In this document: piece after piece, positions 1-12,131 of the stretch | Numbering within the stretch: position 1 is the first letter of the stretch | Layout of the letters: every line of letters begins with the position of its first letter | Assembly: GCA_964016885.1 (NCBI GenBank) | Contig: CAXHJY010001504.1 | Span: forward strand, 124,001 to 188,000 | Reading direction: 5' to 3' | DNA from: Eledone cirrhosa | Taxonomy: Eukaryota | Length of the DNA: 64,000 bases | Made by a program: the position numbers and the translations under genes | Notes under the pieces: generated by a model | The model's database searches: none | The model's input: the letters and a program-made list of their open reading frames with translations, nothing else | What the model was told of the DNA's origin: nothing

Positions 1-119
1 ACAGTTCTTTTAAAAAAAGTTTTATAATGTATATAAAGTATATAAAGTATATAAAGTATTACCGGTTTCGAGTTAAAAGAATTGTCCCTCTCATTTTTTC
101 AATAATGTCATCTCTTCAA

Positions 120-221
120 TAATTGTTTCTATTTTAGGCACAAGGCCAGCAATTACCCAGTACATTACTGGTACTTTATTTTATCGACCCCGTAAGGATG
201 AAAGGCAAAGTTAACCCCGGC
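120..221 (-). mobile_element. tRNA-derived SINE family 1, 3' fragment
   Basis: Matches the 3' half (gcctttcatccttacggggtcgataaaataaagtaccag...ggccttgtgcctaaa) of the family repeated about 20 times in this window. Confidence 0.85.
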
Positions 222-319
222 CCTTCAATAATGTTACTTTGACGAATCAAAGAAAGGAAAAAAAGAAAACAAAAGAAAAACTGACCCTAAAATATATTTT
301 CCGTGCTATTTCCAACTTC

Positions 320-445
<126 letters not shown>

Positions 446-581
446 TATTAAAGGTGCAAATAAATTGCGTCCGTAGGCGGTATGCCGAATGAGCACTCGA
501 TACTCTTGGGGACCAGAGTATCAATAATAATATTATATAAGTGAACAAAGAATCAGTGCTGCATCATATACATATTTAATT

Positions 582-662
582 ACATATTACGTATGTTTCA
601 CTGTCGATTAGCGCGAGGAACGATCGATCCTGACTCTGGAATGGGAAGCTCCTCAGATATGT
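582..662 (-). ncRNA. Type I hammerhead ribozyme motif in a Penelope-like pLTR relic (about 445-680) inside (TA)n
   Basis: Reverse strand reads acatat-CUGAGGA-[long stem II region]-GAAA-cauac-GUA-auaugu. Stem I is 6 bp and the core and GUA cleavage triplet are canonical. Confidence 0.7.
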
Positions 663-682
663 GTTCACATAATACCTGTATA

Positions 683-737
<55 letters not shown>

Positions 738-878
738 AAAAGAATGAAACGAAATTTTATTTCTCACTCTTAGAACGGCTGATACCTAAATATAAGTATG
801 TATATATACGTACATACATATATACATGCATACTGCTGTACGTCTGTACACATATATGTATGTACGTATATATACATA

Positions 879-959
<81 letters not shown>

Positions 960-963
960 TAAA

Positions 964-1037
964 ATTTAAGCAAAGTTTAAGCAAAGTTTAAGCAAAGAAT
1001 CGCTGCTTTCACCCTTAACGGGATCTTCTGAAACTGA
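964..1037. repeat. Short interspersed repeat in (TA)n, with other copies near 39281-39345 (inverted) and 51347-51420
   Basis: Shared string aaagt(t/a)taagcaa..aatcgctgctttc(a/g)cccttaac(g/a)gg in three places, each abutting (TA)n. Confidence 0.7.
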
Positions 1038-1063
1038 TATATATGTATATATATATATATATA

Positions 1064-1406
1064 TATAAAGAAAAAGGGATGAAATCGAAGATGCAACTGA
1101 AGTCTTATTTAAAAAAAAAATATATATATATATTTGGTTCCTTTACCGGTTTCGCAGTTCTTCTGCTTTTCAAAAGGTGAGTTGAGATGGAGGGTCTGTG
1201 GTTTTTCCACAAACCACAGACCCTCCATCTCACCTCACCTTTTGAAAAGCAGAAGAACTGCGAAACCGGTAAAGGAATCAAATAAATATATATATTTTTT
1301 TTTTAAATAAGACTTCAGTTGCATCTTCGATTTCATCCCTTTTTCTTTATACTTCCACTCGTGTAGGACACCTCGGTTATTTTTCATTTTGTAAAAAAAA
1401 CCTCAC

Positions 1407-1412
<6 letters not shown>
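1064..1412 (+). mobile_element. Fold-back Penelope-like mini element, family P1
   Basis: Near-perfect inverted arms 1064-1204 and 1211-1351, a unique tail 1352-1412 and (TA)n on both sides. A second copy lies at 38153-38456. Confidence 0.8.
1238..1275 (+). ncRNA. Minimal hammerhead motif, U3-A8 core variant (mirror copy at 1140-1177 on minus)
   Basis: ccuu-UUGAAAA-gcag aagaa cugc-GAAA-ccg-GUA-aagg. Stem I ccuu/aagg, stem II gcag/cugc, palindromic stem III accggu. Confidence 0.7.
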
Positions 1413-1478
<66 letters not shown>

Positions 1479-1480
<2 letters not shown>

Positions 1481-1725
1481 TCAGGTCTTTACTGACTGAG
1501 GTTAGCTGTACATGCTCACCGACATCCGGAGTTGCCACTGCATTCAGTGCACCTGTGGGAGCCCCATGAATGGACACACTAGAAGAGGGAGACCGTGGTT
1601 GACATATGTTGATGCCTTAAGGACAGACACTGCTCTATTAGAGGCGCAGGACATGGAAGCGATGATGAGGGACCGAGACCGCCGGAGAGAACTCGTCTAT
1701 GGATCTCGGGAATTTTATCCGCCCT

Positions 1726-1727
<2 letters not shown>
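1479..1727 (+). mobile_element. RTE-clade LINE 3' fragment (5'-truncated) in (TA)n
   Basis: Translation ...GHTRRGRPWLTYVDALRTDT...MMRDRDRRRELV matches the RTE ORF C-terminus pattern (RGRP..T+VD, M.DR..WR). A second copy lies at 6308-6538. Confidence 0.8.
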
Positions 1728-1759
<32 letters not shown>

Positions 1760-1769
<10 letters not shown>

Positions 1770-2126
1770 AGAACAAAAGATGGTTAAAAGAGTTCCATGT
1801 ATTTTATTATGCGCATTTCAAAAACAAATATCATCATGCAATAATATTTGTGTTTTCATCAGATAAAACAGGATATGTTGATTTAAAACTGAACTATCCA
1901 CAAGTGTTTTTTAACCTTCATATCATGTCCTCCTGTTTTATCTGATGAAAACACAAATATTATTGCATGATGATATTTGTTTTTGAAATGCGCATAATAA
2001 AATACATGGAACTCTTTTAACCATCTTTTGTTCTTATATATTATGCATACTCCAGTCCTACAACTGTAGAGTGCTTCTTATCCGATATCTGCATTGCTTT
2101 ATTGTACTACAATAAAACTCACCTCC

Positions 2127-2128
<2 letters not shown>
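1760..2128 (+). mobile_element. Fold-back Penelope-like mini element, family P2
   Basis: Perfect inverted arms 1760-1873 and 1931-2044, tail 2045-2128, flanked by (TA)n. Confidence 0.8.
1936..2002 (+). ncRNA. Type I hammerhead ribozyme motif (mirror copy at 1802-1868 on minus)
   Basis: uuuuau-CUGAUGA-aaacacaaauau...auauuuguuuuu-GAAA-ugcgc-AUA-auaaaa. Stem I 6 bp, long stem II, palindromic stem III augcgcau. Confidence 0.8.
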
Positions 2129-2204
<76 letters not shown>

Positions 2205-2489
2205 ATAAATTAAACAAAAGAAGACAAACACAGGAATGCAAAAATACTCAGTTAGATTAGCTTCACGCTTGGGGAAGTGGATATATACATGCAGTCTCAA
2301 TTATCTCTACACAGTATATATATACATATATAATCCTATTGTATGCACACACACTCAAATATATCTATCTATCTATATATCATCTTCAGTAGAAGTTTTA
2401 ATAAAAAACAAAGGTAATGAGTAAACGATTTATGCAACATCAGCATTTCTCTTAATGTTATTCTTATATCTATCTATATATGTCTATCA

Positions 2490-2661
2490 GGATTATACCA
2501 GTTTTAAACTAGTAATGTCATTGTTCTACACAATGTTAATATAGTAGAGCCAAAGCCCGACAGTTGAGCTCTTGCCGTTTCGACAGCAAATTCCAGAATC
2601 AATTTGGAATTTTCTGTCAAAGCAGCAGAAACACAGCTGTCGAGCACTGTCTCTCTACTAC

Positions 2662-2665
<4 letters not shown>
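2490..2665 (-). mobile_element. Degenerate fold-back element related to family P3
   Basis: Contains gagctcttgccgtttcgacag (compare gagctcaagccgtttcgacgg at 31711) and an imperfect inverted arm ending at (TA)n. Confidence 0.5.
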
Positions 2666-2759
<94 letters not shown>

Positions 2760-2806
2760 CATAATATATATAAATACATAATATATATATACCATATATA
2801 TATACG

Positions 2807-2842
<36 letters not shown>

Positions 2843-2938
2843 CATAATATATATATACATAATATACATATATATATATATATAAATACATAATACATAT
2901 ATATTATATATATATGTATATGTATATAATATACACAC

Positions 2939-2975
<37 letters not shown>

Positions 2976-3023
2976 AATACATAATACATATATATTATAT
3001 ATATATGTATATGTATATAATAT

Positions 3024-3072
<49 letters not shown>

Positions 3073-3171
3073 CATAATACATATATATTATATATATATG
3101 TATATGTATATATATATATAGATATATATATATAGATATATATAGATATATATATATTCACACACACACAT

Positions 3172-3218
<47 letters not shown>

Positions 3219-3652
3219 GCTCTCTCCCTCTCCCCTCTCTCTCTGTATATATGTGCGAGCGTGAGAGAGAGTGTATGTAAGATTTAGATGATTAAGCCTA
3301 AGAACAAACTAAAAGGAATGCTATTTCCATTTTCGTACGGAGAAGTTTGTCAGTAACAGTTAATGTCTTTAATTAAAACTAATGAGAGAAAGGAAGACCA
3401 GCATAAACAATGAGACGGAATTAAATAAGGGTTGGTGCAATAATTATTATACATTTAAGTGTATAAGTAGGATAGAATCTTCGTAGAAAGTTCCAACGCA
3501 ATAAAACTAATGATGGTGACAGATAGATCATATGACCGCACAATACAGTTTCTTGCAAGGATATATATGTTTCTTGAGTGCTCAAATGTAACACAACTAG
3601 TTGTTTGACTAAGTAGTATGTACCTGTTGACACTACGCCTGTGTATAGAGTA

Positions 3653-4327
3653 TGTGTGTGTCTGTGTGTGTGTCTGTGTCTGTGTGTGTGTGTTGCTCTG
3701 TGTGTGTGTGTCTTTGTGTGAGTGTCTTTGTGAGTGTGTCTGTGACTCTGTGTGTGTGTGTGTGTGTGTGTGCGTCTGTGTCTGTGTCTGTGTGTGTGTG
3801 TGTGTCTGTGTGTGTGTGTGTGTCTGTGTGTCTGTGTGTGTGTGTGTCTTTGTGAGTGTGTCTGTGTGAGTGTGTGTGTATGTGTGTGTGTGTGTTTGTG
3901 TTTGTGTGTGTGCGTGTGTGTGTGTGTCTGTGTGTCTTTGTGAGTGTGTCTGTGTCTGTGTGTGTGTGTGTGTGTGTGTCTGTGTGTGTGTGTCTGTGTG
4001 TGTGTCTGTGTGTGTGTGTCTGTGAGTGTGTCTGTGTGTGTGTGTCTTTGTGAGTGTGTGTGTGTGTGTGTGTATGTGTGTGTGTGTCTGTGTCAGTGTG
4101 TGAGTGTCTGTGTGTGTCTGTGTATGTGTCTGTGTTTGTTGTCTGTGTGAGTGTGTGTGTGTGAGTGTGTGTGTGTGTGTCTTTGTGTGTGTGTCTTTGT
4201 GAGTGTGTCTGTGTGTGTTTGTTGTCTGTGTGTCTGTGTGTATATGTGTATGTGTGTGTCTGTGTGTGTGAATATATGTGAATCTCTCTGTATGTATGTA
4301 TGTGTGGATGTATGTATGTATGTATGT
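3653..4327. repeat. (TG)n-derived compound microsatellite ending in (TATG)n
   Basis: Read directly from the sequence. Confidence 0.95.
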
Positions 4328-5641
4328 TCTTCTGGTTTTATAATTTCTCAAAGTTTTCCCAATATAGAGAGAGTCGGTTTCTAACATAGACACAAGACTC
4401 TCTCATTGGAATTTACACAATATCAACTAGGTAGATTATGTATGCATGCATGCATGTGTAGATATGGATGTTATTGTATGTGTGGATGTGTATGTTTTGA
4501 GTTGTATGTGTGCATGTGTATTTGCTTTGTATCTGTACATGTGTATATGCAGTTATTAGATGCAAAATCTTTGGAATGTTTTACATATTTTTACTGTTCC
4601 ATTAATGGATTGTGCTTGTAATTTCTTAACTAGTTGTGTTCTTTCTGTTCCTGTGAAGCCTAGCTTCTTAAGATTTGTATTGAAGCAGTTACTAACATAC
4701 CCCAGTGCCCCAATAATCACAGGCATAAATCTGAAGGTGTAATCAGGGTGGAGTATCTGCAGATTTCTCATCAGTTCTGCATAAATATTCTCCTTTTCAC
4801 TAATCTTTGATATTATATTGGCATCTGCTGGGCAGCTAATTTCCACTACTGTGCATGCTTTCTTCTCCCTGTCCCATATCATAATATCTGGTCTGTTATG
4901 CCTGCATTTTATTGGAGTTTTTACTGGAACATTCCACCAGTACTCTTTCATATTATGTACATGGATGTCTTCCACATTGCTGTAGCTTTTAATGTATTTA
5001 TTATCGGGGCTATCTTTTTTACGAACTGCATTGTACAGAGTTTTGGCCACTACATCATGCCTCATAGGTAGATAGTACCGCGATGACATCTTTGGACAGC
5101 TGCTGATGACATGGGTGATATCCTCGATGGTAGTTCTGCAGAGTCTGCACTTGTTATCACATCTAGGTGTTTTTCCTGCATCCCTATCTCTTTTGTGAAT
5201 CAGGTATTTCGTGTTAATCTCCTGTTCTTGGATTGCAAAAGCGTATCCTTCAAAGCGGGAGTCAATATAGCGGTTGTTGGTCCAAAATAGACTACTTTCC
5301 TTATCTATATTACTCTCACTCTGGAGCTTCCTGGCAACATATCCATGCATGATTTTTTGCTGATAAGCATGCAGTTTTTCATCCATGGATTCACTGCGAT
5401 ACTGCTGAGCGACATCCCTGTGTGTGAGTTATTGATTATCACACAGGGAATATCTCTCGAGGAGTTCCTTCCCAACTCTCATGATCTTATCTGTTTCATG
5501 CAGATAGACTTGCTCGAGAAACGGGCTCCTACGCTTCGAGGTTCGTAGATGTTGTCGGAGAGATATGATGCGTCATTCAAATGTTGTCTGGACTGATGTT
5601 AGGCCTCTGCTTCCCTGCTTACGTTTCAAGTAAAGGCGGTC
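4327..5641 (-). mobile_element. R4/Dong-clade (RLE) non-LTR retrotransposon, 5'-truncated, with 3' UTR
   Basis: ORF 4556-5386 has QEQEI, a CCHC knuckle (CRLC...HVISSC), RHD and the PD-(D/E)xK RLE motif (RPDIMIWD...VEIS...K..EK..Y). Upstream disrupted sequence reads RLYLKRKQGSRGL. Both junctions abut (CATA)n. Confidence 0.9.
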
Positions 5642-5718
5642 TATGTATGTATGTATGTATGTATGTATGTATGTATGTATGTATGTATGTATGTATGTAT
5701 GTATGTATGTATGTATGT

Positions 5719-5782
5719 ATACTCTTTTACTCTTTTACCTGCTCCAACCATCCGGCTGAGGCCATGCTGGGGCACCGCCCTT
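5719..5782 (-). mobile_element. SINE-type 3' tail fragment (copies at 25923-25985 plus and about 31490-31546 minus)
   Basis: gggcggtgccccagcatggcctcagcc...aaaagagtaaaagagta recurs three times. Confidence 0.7.
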
Positions 5783-6044
5783 GTATGTATGTATATATGT
5801 ATATGTGTGTGTATGTATATATGTATATATGTATATATGTAAGTATAAGTGTTCATATGTGTATGTGTGTGTGAGTATAAGTGTGTATCTATGTATGTGT
5901 GTGTGTGCAATTGTGTATCTATTAAAGTTACTTTCTCGAGGCAATCCAAATGAAAACGACTAAGGAACGGACAAAGATGATGTTTTTGAAGTCTTCGCCC
6001 GTTTCTATATAATATATACGAGATTATACTACAGTACTTCATTA

Positions 6045-6231
6045 TGGATTGGCAGTATCGGTAGAGGGTCGGACGCCATGCTTTGCAGCAAAGAGTTACG
6101 GCCCTTTATGGTCTGAGTTCAAATCCCGCCGAGGTTAACTTTGCCTTTCATCCTTAGGGGTCGAAAAAATAAAGTACCAGCAATACACTGGTATAATGGC
6201 TGGCCTTGTGTCAAAAGTAGAAACAATTATT
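6045..6231 (+). mobile_element. tRNA-derived SINE family 1, near full length
   Basis: A-box-like tggcagtatcgg, B-box gagttcaaatcc, central gcctttcatcctt..gggtcga domain and an (ATT)-type tail. Confidence 0.9.
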
Positions 6232-6307
6232 TTCACTAGCAGTTTTCTGCTAGCAAGTGTAGTGTGTATTTTGATATTATACACAAATATATATGCATGT
6301 AAATATT

Positions 6308-6538
6308 CTAGGGCGGGTAAAATTCCTGAGATCCATGGACGAGTTCTCTCTAGCGGTCTCTGTCCCTCATTATCGCTGCCATGTCCTGCGTCTCCGACAG
6401 ACAAGTGTCTGTCCTTAGGGCATCAACATACGTTAACCTTAGTCTTGCTCTTCCAGTGTGTCCATGTATGGGCTCCCACAGGAGCACTGAGTGCAATGTT
6501 AACTTGGATGTCGGTGAGCATGTCCGGCTAACCTCAGT
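6308..6538 (-). mobile_element. RTE-clade LINE 3' fragment, second copy
   Basis: Reverse complement is homologous to 1495-1727 and has the same 3' end (attttacccgccctag). Confidence 0.8.
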
Positions 6539-6785
6539 CTCCTCTGTGTCACAATTATTTATTCAAAGTAATTCAACTTATTTTACAAACGGAGTAAAAA
6601 AATATATTCTGGATGCAATCTCGCAGACCTTCCTTTATTATAGTTAAGATGGGTAAGATGAGATAAGCTTGATGTACTTTACCGTCCTCTGTTCTTCATG
6701 AGTGAAAACCTGGATGAGTAAGGGTAGTTCAGGTAGCAGAATATTCCAAGGATAGGATATTATTATTTATTCATACGTCATAAAG

Positions 6786-7001
6786 GTGTTGGATTGGTAG
6801 TATCGGTAGAGGGTCGGACGCCATCCTTTGCAGCATAGAGTTACGGCGCTTTATGATCTGAGTTTCAACCCCGCCGAGGTTAACTTTGCCTTTCATACTT
6901 ACGAGGTCCATAAAATAAAGCACCAGTAATACACTGCGGTCGATTTAATTGACTTTCCCCCTCCCCCAAATTGTTGGCTTTGTGCCTATATAAGAAACCA
7001 T
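6786..7001 (+). mobile_element. tRNA-derived SINE family 1 (long-tail variant)
   Basis: Same head and core, plus a ggtcgatttaattgact...ccccaaatt insert before the tail. Confidence 0.85.
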
Positions 7002-7278
7002 TTTCTATTCACACGTCTCTACGAACGTTTCAATGCAGCTAGAATATCACATCCATTTACGGAGAAACTGGAAATAACCAGTTAACAATTAACTCTATTA
7101 TGGGTGCTTTATCCTAACCGTATCTCTTCAGCAATTATATAGAGCAAAATCACAATAAATTAATACTATAAGAAAATAACAGAATTGAAGTTATGGAGAA
7201 GGCAGGCAGTTAAAATTTCAAGTGTAAATTTAGTATAAGCTTGCACGAGGTTTTTTTCAACACACACACATATATATG

Positions 7279-7339
<61 letters not shown>

Positions 7340-7341
<2 letters not shown>

Positions 7342-7446
7342 TTAAACAGAAAACAAAAACAATAACGAAGAGTGAAGTACAAAGTGTTAGTATTAGGATC
7401 ACGTTTGAGAGTGGGGAATGGGAGACGACGTTTCGGGCATAAGCCC

Positions 7447-7450
<4 letters not shown>
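7340..7450 (-). mobile_element. Truncated pLTR relic with 3' part of a hammerhead motif
   Basis: Reverse strand reads augaa-gggc uuau gccc-GAAA-cguc-GUC. The 5' core is truncated at (TA)n. Confidence 0.5.
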
Positions 7451-7532
<82 letters not shown>

Positions 7533-7568
7533 TACACATATATATATGTATATATATATATATAAGAT

Positions 7569-7756
7569 GAAAAGAGTCAGGACACCGATGGCTGAGCTCC
7601 AGCCGTTTCGACAGTTAGATCCGAACTGAGTTGAAACGGCCGGAGGTCAGCCGTCAGCGTCCTGACTCTTTTCCTATTACCCACACGACTACCCTAAGTA
7701 TTGAGTACTCCGGTGCGTTATGGTCCACCTGGTATCTTACCACACCCTCTTTGTTA
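7569..7756 (+). mobile_element. Fold-back mini element, family P3
   Basis: Inverted arms at about 7569-7616 and 7624-7673. The tail (ctaccctaagtattgagtactc...tggtcca...ttaccaca...ttgtta) is shared with 31686-31875. Confidence 0.75.
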
Positions 7757-7823
7757 TATATATATATTATATGAACATATAAATATATATATATATATAA
7801 ATATATATTATATGAACATATAA

Positions 7824-7888
<65 letters not shown>

Positions 7889-7903
7889 CACATACATATA
7901 TAC

Positions 7904-7963
<60 letters not shown>

Positions 7964-8242
7964 ACCCATACATATATACGTATATATATAATATATATAT
8001 GTGTGTGTGTGTGTGTGTGAGTGAAGTACAATGCAACTTGTAGGAGCCAAGTTGTATGTAGGTATGTGTATGTATGTTTATTTACTATATATATATCTAC
8101 AAGTAGTGTATAATGCGATACAGGTAATCTGCATATATTTCTATAGATAAGACCGAGATTAAGTCATCACATTAATGTCTAAGCTGGCTGGGCTTTTACT
8201 TTGAACATTTCATTAACATAATGATAATTGAGGAGATGCAGT

Positions 8243-8319
<77 letters not shown>

Positions 8320-8379
8320 GTAGTAGTACTACTACTACTACTACTGTTACTATTGCTGCAACTGCTACTACTGCTACTG

Positions 8380-8427
<48 letters not shown>

Positions 8428-8438
8428 TTATTATTATT
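8243..8438. repeat. (CTA)n microsatellite
   Basis: Read directly from the sequence. Confidence 0.95.
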
Positions 8439-8704
8439 AATCAAACCCCAGACTACCATTTGCCTCCATCATGGATCAACTCAGCACTCTTGCTATAGTA
8501 ACACATTTTGAACTGCTTATCTTCAAGAACTATGCCTGTAAATAATTTTTTTTTCTTTCCTATTGCCTTATGTGCCCGCCCCCCCCTTTTTTTGTCTTTT
8601 TTCTTTCCACTTCAAAAACCTTGTTTGTAAATAACATTATTCTTTCTTCACCATTTCCTTAACATGTTCAACATCACCATTTTACACCAATACATATTAT
8701 TATC

Positions 8705-8739
8705 ATTTGATAAAGCATAAAAATGCTGAAACCGGTAAT
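8705..8739 (+). ncRNA. Hammerhead motif, U3-A8 variant with decayed stem I, in a PLE 3' relic (about 8440-8940)
   Basis: au-UUGAUAA-agcau aaaa augcu-GAAA-ccg-GUA-au. Confidence 0.55.
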
Positions 8740-8940
8740 AGACAATTATTAAATATATAAACAAATAAATAAATACCAATGTTAATTAATAAATGAATTA
8801 ACTAATACCTTAACATTTCACACAAAGTAAATTATCATTATGTTAAAAAAACATTTTTCTTCCTAATAATCGTCTTTTTCCTCCTATTTTCATATATATA
8901 TATATAACCTCGTGTGCTCCTTCTCCATTATTATTCTTAT

Positions 8941-8992
<52 letters not shown>

Positions 8993-9008
8993 GTAAAAGG
9001 TAAACAGA

Positions 9009-9049
<41 letters not shown>

Positions 9050-9060
9050 TTATATAAAAG

Positions 9061-10110
9061 GTAAACAGAAATAACAATACAATCGGTGCAGTATATGGAA
9101 GGAATATATTAGGTTAAGGCTTGAAATAGCAGGAAGAGGGACTTAACGTTTCGGACGTTAGTCCTTCATCAGAAGAAAGAATGAGAAATAAGATAGATTG
9201 AAGGGACGGGCGGGTTGGAATTCAAGCACTCTACGTACGTTTTCCACATAGGAATGCGGAGTATATTTAGAATAAGAAAATGCGAAGTAGTTTCAGTTGT
9301 TAAAATCCTTTATTGATGCATATTTCAATGACGACAGTGGCCACGCGATTCCATCTATAAAGGATTTTATTGATTATTGACCAGTTATACTTTTCACAGG
9401 TATTATAGGATGGTTGCTGATAGATTGTCAAAGCTCTTTTGTCACACATTCAGTGACCTTCCTCAGTGACAGCACACAAAAACAAGTTGGTGTAGAACAG
9501 AACAAAGGAGGGACTCAAAATTTTAAATCAGTCACTGAGAAATCCTAATATGATTAATATTCGGTATGTTTGCAAGCAAACAGCCTCATAAACACTACAT
9601 GAGGGTGACTGCATTGGAAAGGTCTGAACGATATATATATTGATCTGGGGGTGGTAGATGATTGCCGTAAGGGTAACGGCCTTTGGAGAGGTCTGACGCT
9701 GTATTATTTCTTTATCTGGGGTGGTAGGCAAATTCCGTGAGGGTGATTGCCTTTGGAGAGATTTGAGAGCTTCGCAGTCTCGAAGTGGGAGGGAGAGACA
9801 GAGAGAGTGGGAAGTACCAAAGGGTTCACGCATGCGTAATGACGTAATTTCAAATGGCCAAGTGAAGGATTTACAAAATTGATGTATACAGGACACCTTA
9901 TACCAACAGTAAGTAATAAAGTCCTTAATTACTTTAAATATTGTTTTTTAGAAAAGCTGGGGGATATTACAAGATATCCTGGACCTTTGGTGTCTTTAAT
10001 AAAGTACATTCCTTTTTCAGGGAAAAGCTTTTTAACTGAGCATAACATCTTGGTTCGTAGCCAAGTGCGCTGGTGTCTTTGACAACTGTCAATAGTAATC
10101 TTTTTATTAT
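9061..10110 (-). pseudogene. Heavily decayed Penelope-like element (RT/EN remnants followed by pLTR)
   Basis: Fragmentary minus-strand words appear in the expected order: TKM (~10055), SHP (~9605), IYHP (~9655, locally out of order), CEK.Y.GQ (~9390), INK.F (~9315), then a hammerhead and tail. Many frameshifts. Confidence 0.4.
9142..9175 (-). ncRNA. Minimal hammerhead motif, family P5
   Basis: cuu-CUGAUGA-aggac uaac gucc-GAAA-cg-UUA-ag. The same family occurs at 41839-41872. Confidence 0.65.
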
Positions 10111-10246
10111 TACACCCTATCCTTCACTATAATGGCGATTTTATTTTTAATCTTCAGAGTCGTTAGTTGATAGAATTTGGAGGATAAAATTTAGGGTTTT
10201 TCCTCTAAATTTGTATGCCTTTTGAACGAATATATCCTTAAAACTC

Positions 10247-10611
10247 TCGTGTTTCTCCTACTCCGAAAATAAGCCCTGGTATGAGTTTTATGTTGCTGTC
10301 CAATATAAGCCCTATCCTGAAAATAAACCCTAGCGAATTTTTGCGAGGAAAATTAATATAAAGATAATATAAAACGCAGACTTCCAGAGTATTGTTGTTT
10401 ACTAACATAATAAATTATTTTAACGATATTGCTTTAAACTCTATAATATATATTCTTTACTTTTGACATCAGTATAATGATATTTTTATCAAAACCCTTG
10501 TGCTGTTATTATTTGTGTAAACATATAAGCCTTACTACGAATCTAAGCTCAAGTGCCCCGCCCCCCTTTTTAGGGAAAAATAATATAAAACCTGTCTTAG
10601 AGAAACAAGGT
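10247..10611. mobile_element. Degenerate pogo/Tigger-type MITE
   Basis: Ends cgtgtttctcc...gaaaataagcc and gtctta..gagaaacaagg, with internal repeated aataagccct motifs. Confidence 0.5.
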
Positions 10612-11786
10612 GGATTTCTGACTTTCACTCAAACGATATGTCTAATACCCTTTTCTCGTAGACGAGTGTAAGGATTAAAGTTTACCGACATAGAGTTTAG
10701 TGCTCGCCACATCTTGAATTTTTATTCAAATAATTTTCTATTCTTAGTAATATATATTTTAAAATAAAAAATAAGATTTTGCAGAGACGGTTTTTTTGGG
10801 ATGTTTATTTTTTAATGATGTAGATGATGAATACGGTGACGAAGTTATATTATAACCCCTCCCCCCTTTTTTTCCTTCATAATTCCAAGTTGAAGAAACC
10901 TATGAAATTATCAATATTAATTATCATTTTAGAATAATGAAATAAATTTACAATGTTCAGGCATCTTTTTCACACCTAGAGAGACTAATGTATAGATTGA
11001 GGACGATTTGGATGCTATTTCTAGCAGGTTTAACCACAATGTAGAGATTACTCTTCGTTGGTATATTGATACATAATATAGTACGGTGTGTTTTGAGGGG
11101 GGTGGGGATTGGTTGCTATTTCTGACAGATCTAGCTACGATGTAGGTCTACCACATTATAAATATATATATACAAGTGGTTCCTAAACAGAGTACCTGTA
11201 TTTATTTTGTGGGAAACAAGATCACAGACGCCATGTACAGGACCGCATTAAAAAATGCCCTGCCTACAACCACAAATGCAGCAAGTGAGGTATCTTGCAC
11301 CACCATGACAGTGTCTGCCGTCCCCAACGACAGGCTAAAAGCAATGCAGCGTTGTCTGATCATCACTCCATCGTCATATTCAACGACCTCTGCAATGTAA
11401 TTGACGCACCCGCCCCATCCTCTACTGAAGCGCTAACCCATGATAACCATGTGTACAACGAATTCTGCAACGCGTGGGTGAAGCGTTCTTCTGACCCTCA
11501 CCTCTTTAGTCATAAATGAATCTCGAACAGCCTTTGCTTCTCTCAAGACTTTATTTCTGAAGCAATGCAAAAAAAGTCTAGCAAAGAAGATTTCCACAAC
11601 AAAGGGAGATAAGGGGCGAGACTGTACGAGTCTTATTCCTCTAAATTTAACCCTCCCCCGTTCGGCCACCCATTGGTGATACGGATGTATTGGATGCAAG
11701 GAAGGTTGTTTTGTTTTTTATATGTCTTTTTGAAAAAAAAAGTGCGTCTAATAGGCTGGCAAATCAGGTAAACTAAAAATGAAAAC

Positions 11787-11890
11787 ATTGGTTTCTGATT
11801 TAGGCACAAGGCAAATCATTTTGGGGAGGGGGGAAAGTCGATCAAATCGACTCCAGTGCATTACTGGTACTTTATTTTATCGACCCCGAA
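11787..11890 (-). mobile_element. SINE family 1, 3' fragment
   Basis: ggcacaagg...actggtactttattttatcgacccc. Confidence 0.8.
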
Positions 11891-11993
11891 CATGCATACA
11901 TACACACTGGATTGAAACTAATTAAAATAAGAAACTAATTAGAATTGAAACGAATTAAAATAAGAAATTTCAATGATATTTTTCTATTGAGTA

Positions 11994-12131
11994 AAAGTGG
12001 AACAGATGTAATGACCAGGTCGCTAAAAGTGTGAACAGATGTAATGACCAGGTCGCTAAAAGTGGAACAGATGTAATGACCAGGTCGCTAAAAGTGTGAA
12101 CAGATGTAATGACCAGGTCGCTAAAAGTGTG
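11994..12131. repeat. Tandem repeat, 30/31-bp unit, about 4.3 copies
   Basis: aaagtg(t)gaacagatgtaatgaccaggtcgcta with alternating 30 and 31 bp units and no spacers. Confidence 0.95.

Noticed and set aside
55-120. Hammerhead-like GAAACCGGUA with UUGAAGA/UUGAAAA on minus
   Set aside because: Stems I and II cannot be paired convincingly; at most a decayed relic.
3421-3640. Two overlapping 60-70 aa open frames after a minus-strand CAG
   Set aside because: No recognisable motif and no polypyrimidine tract; cannot be told from chance.
6045-6135. tRNA gene suggested by A and B boxes
   Set aside because: No cloverleaf, and it continues into the SINE core and tail; multi-copy in this window.
11173-11770. 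Short ORFs, possibly a pogo transposase remnant
   Set aside because: Only a TIR-like end near 11740-11770 is suggestive; no DDE motif could be read.
11994-12131. CRISPR-like 30-31 bp repeats
   Set aside because: Head-to-tail repeats with no spacers, no cas genes and a eukaryotic context.
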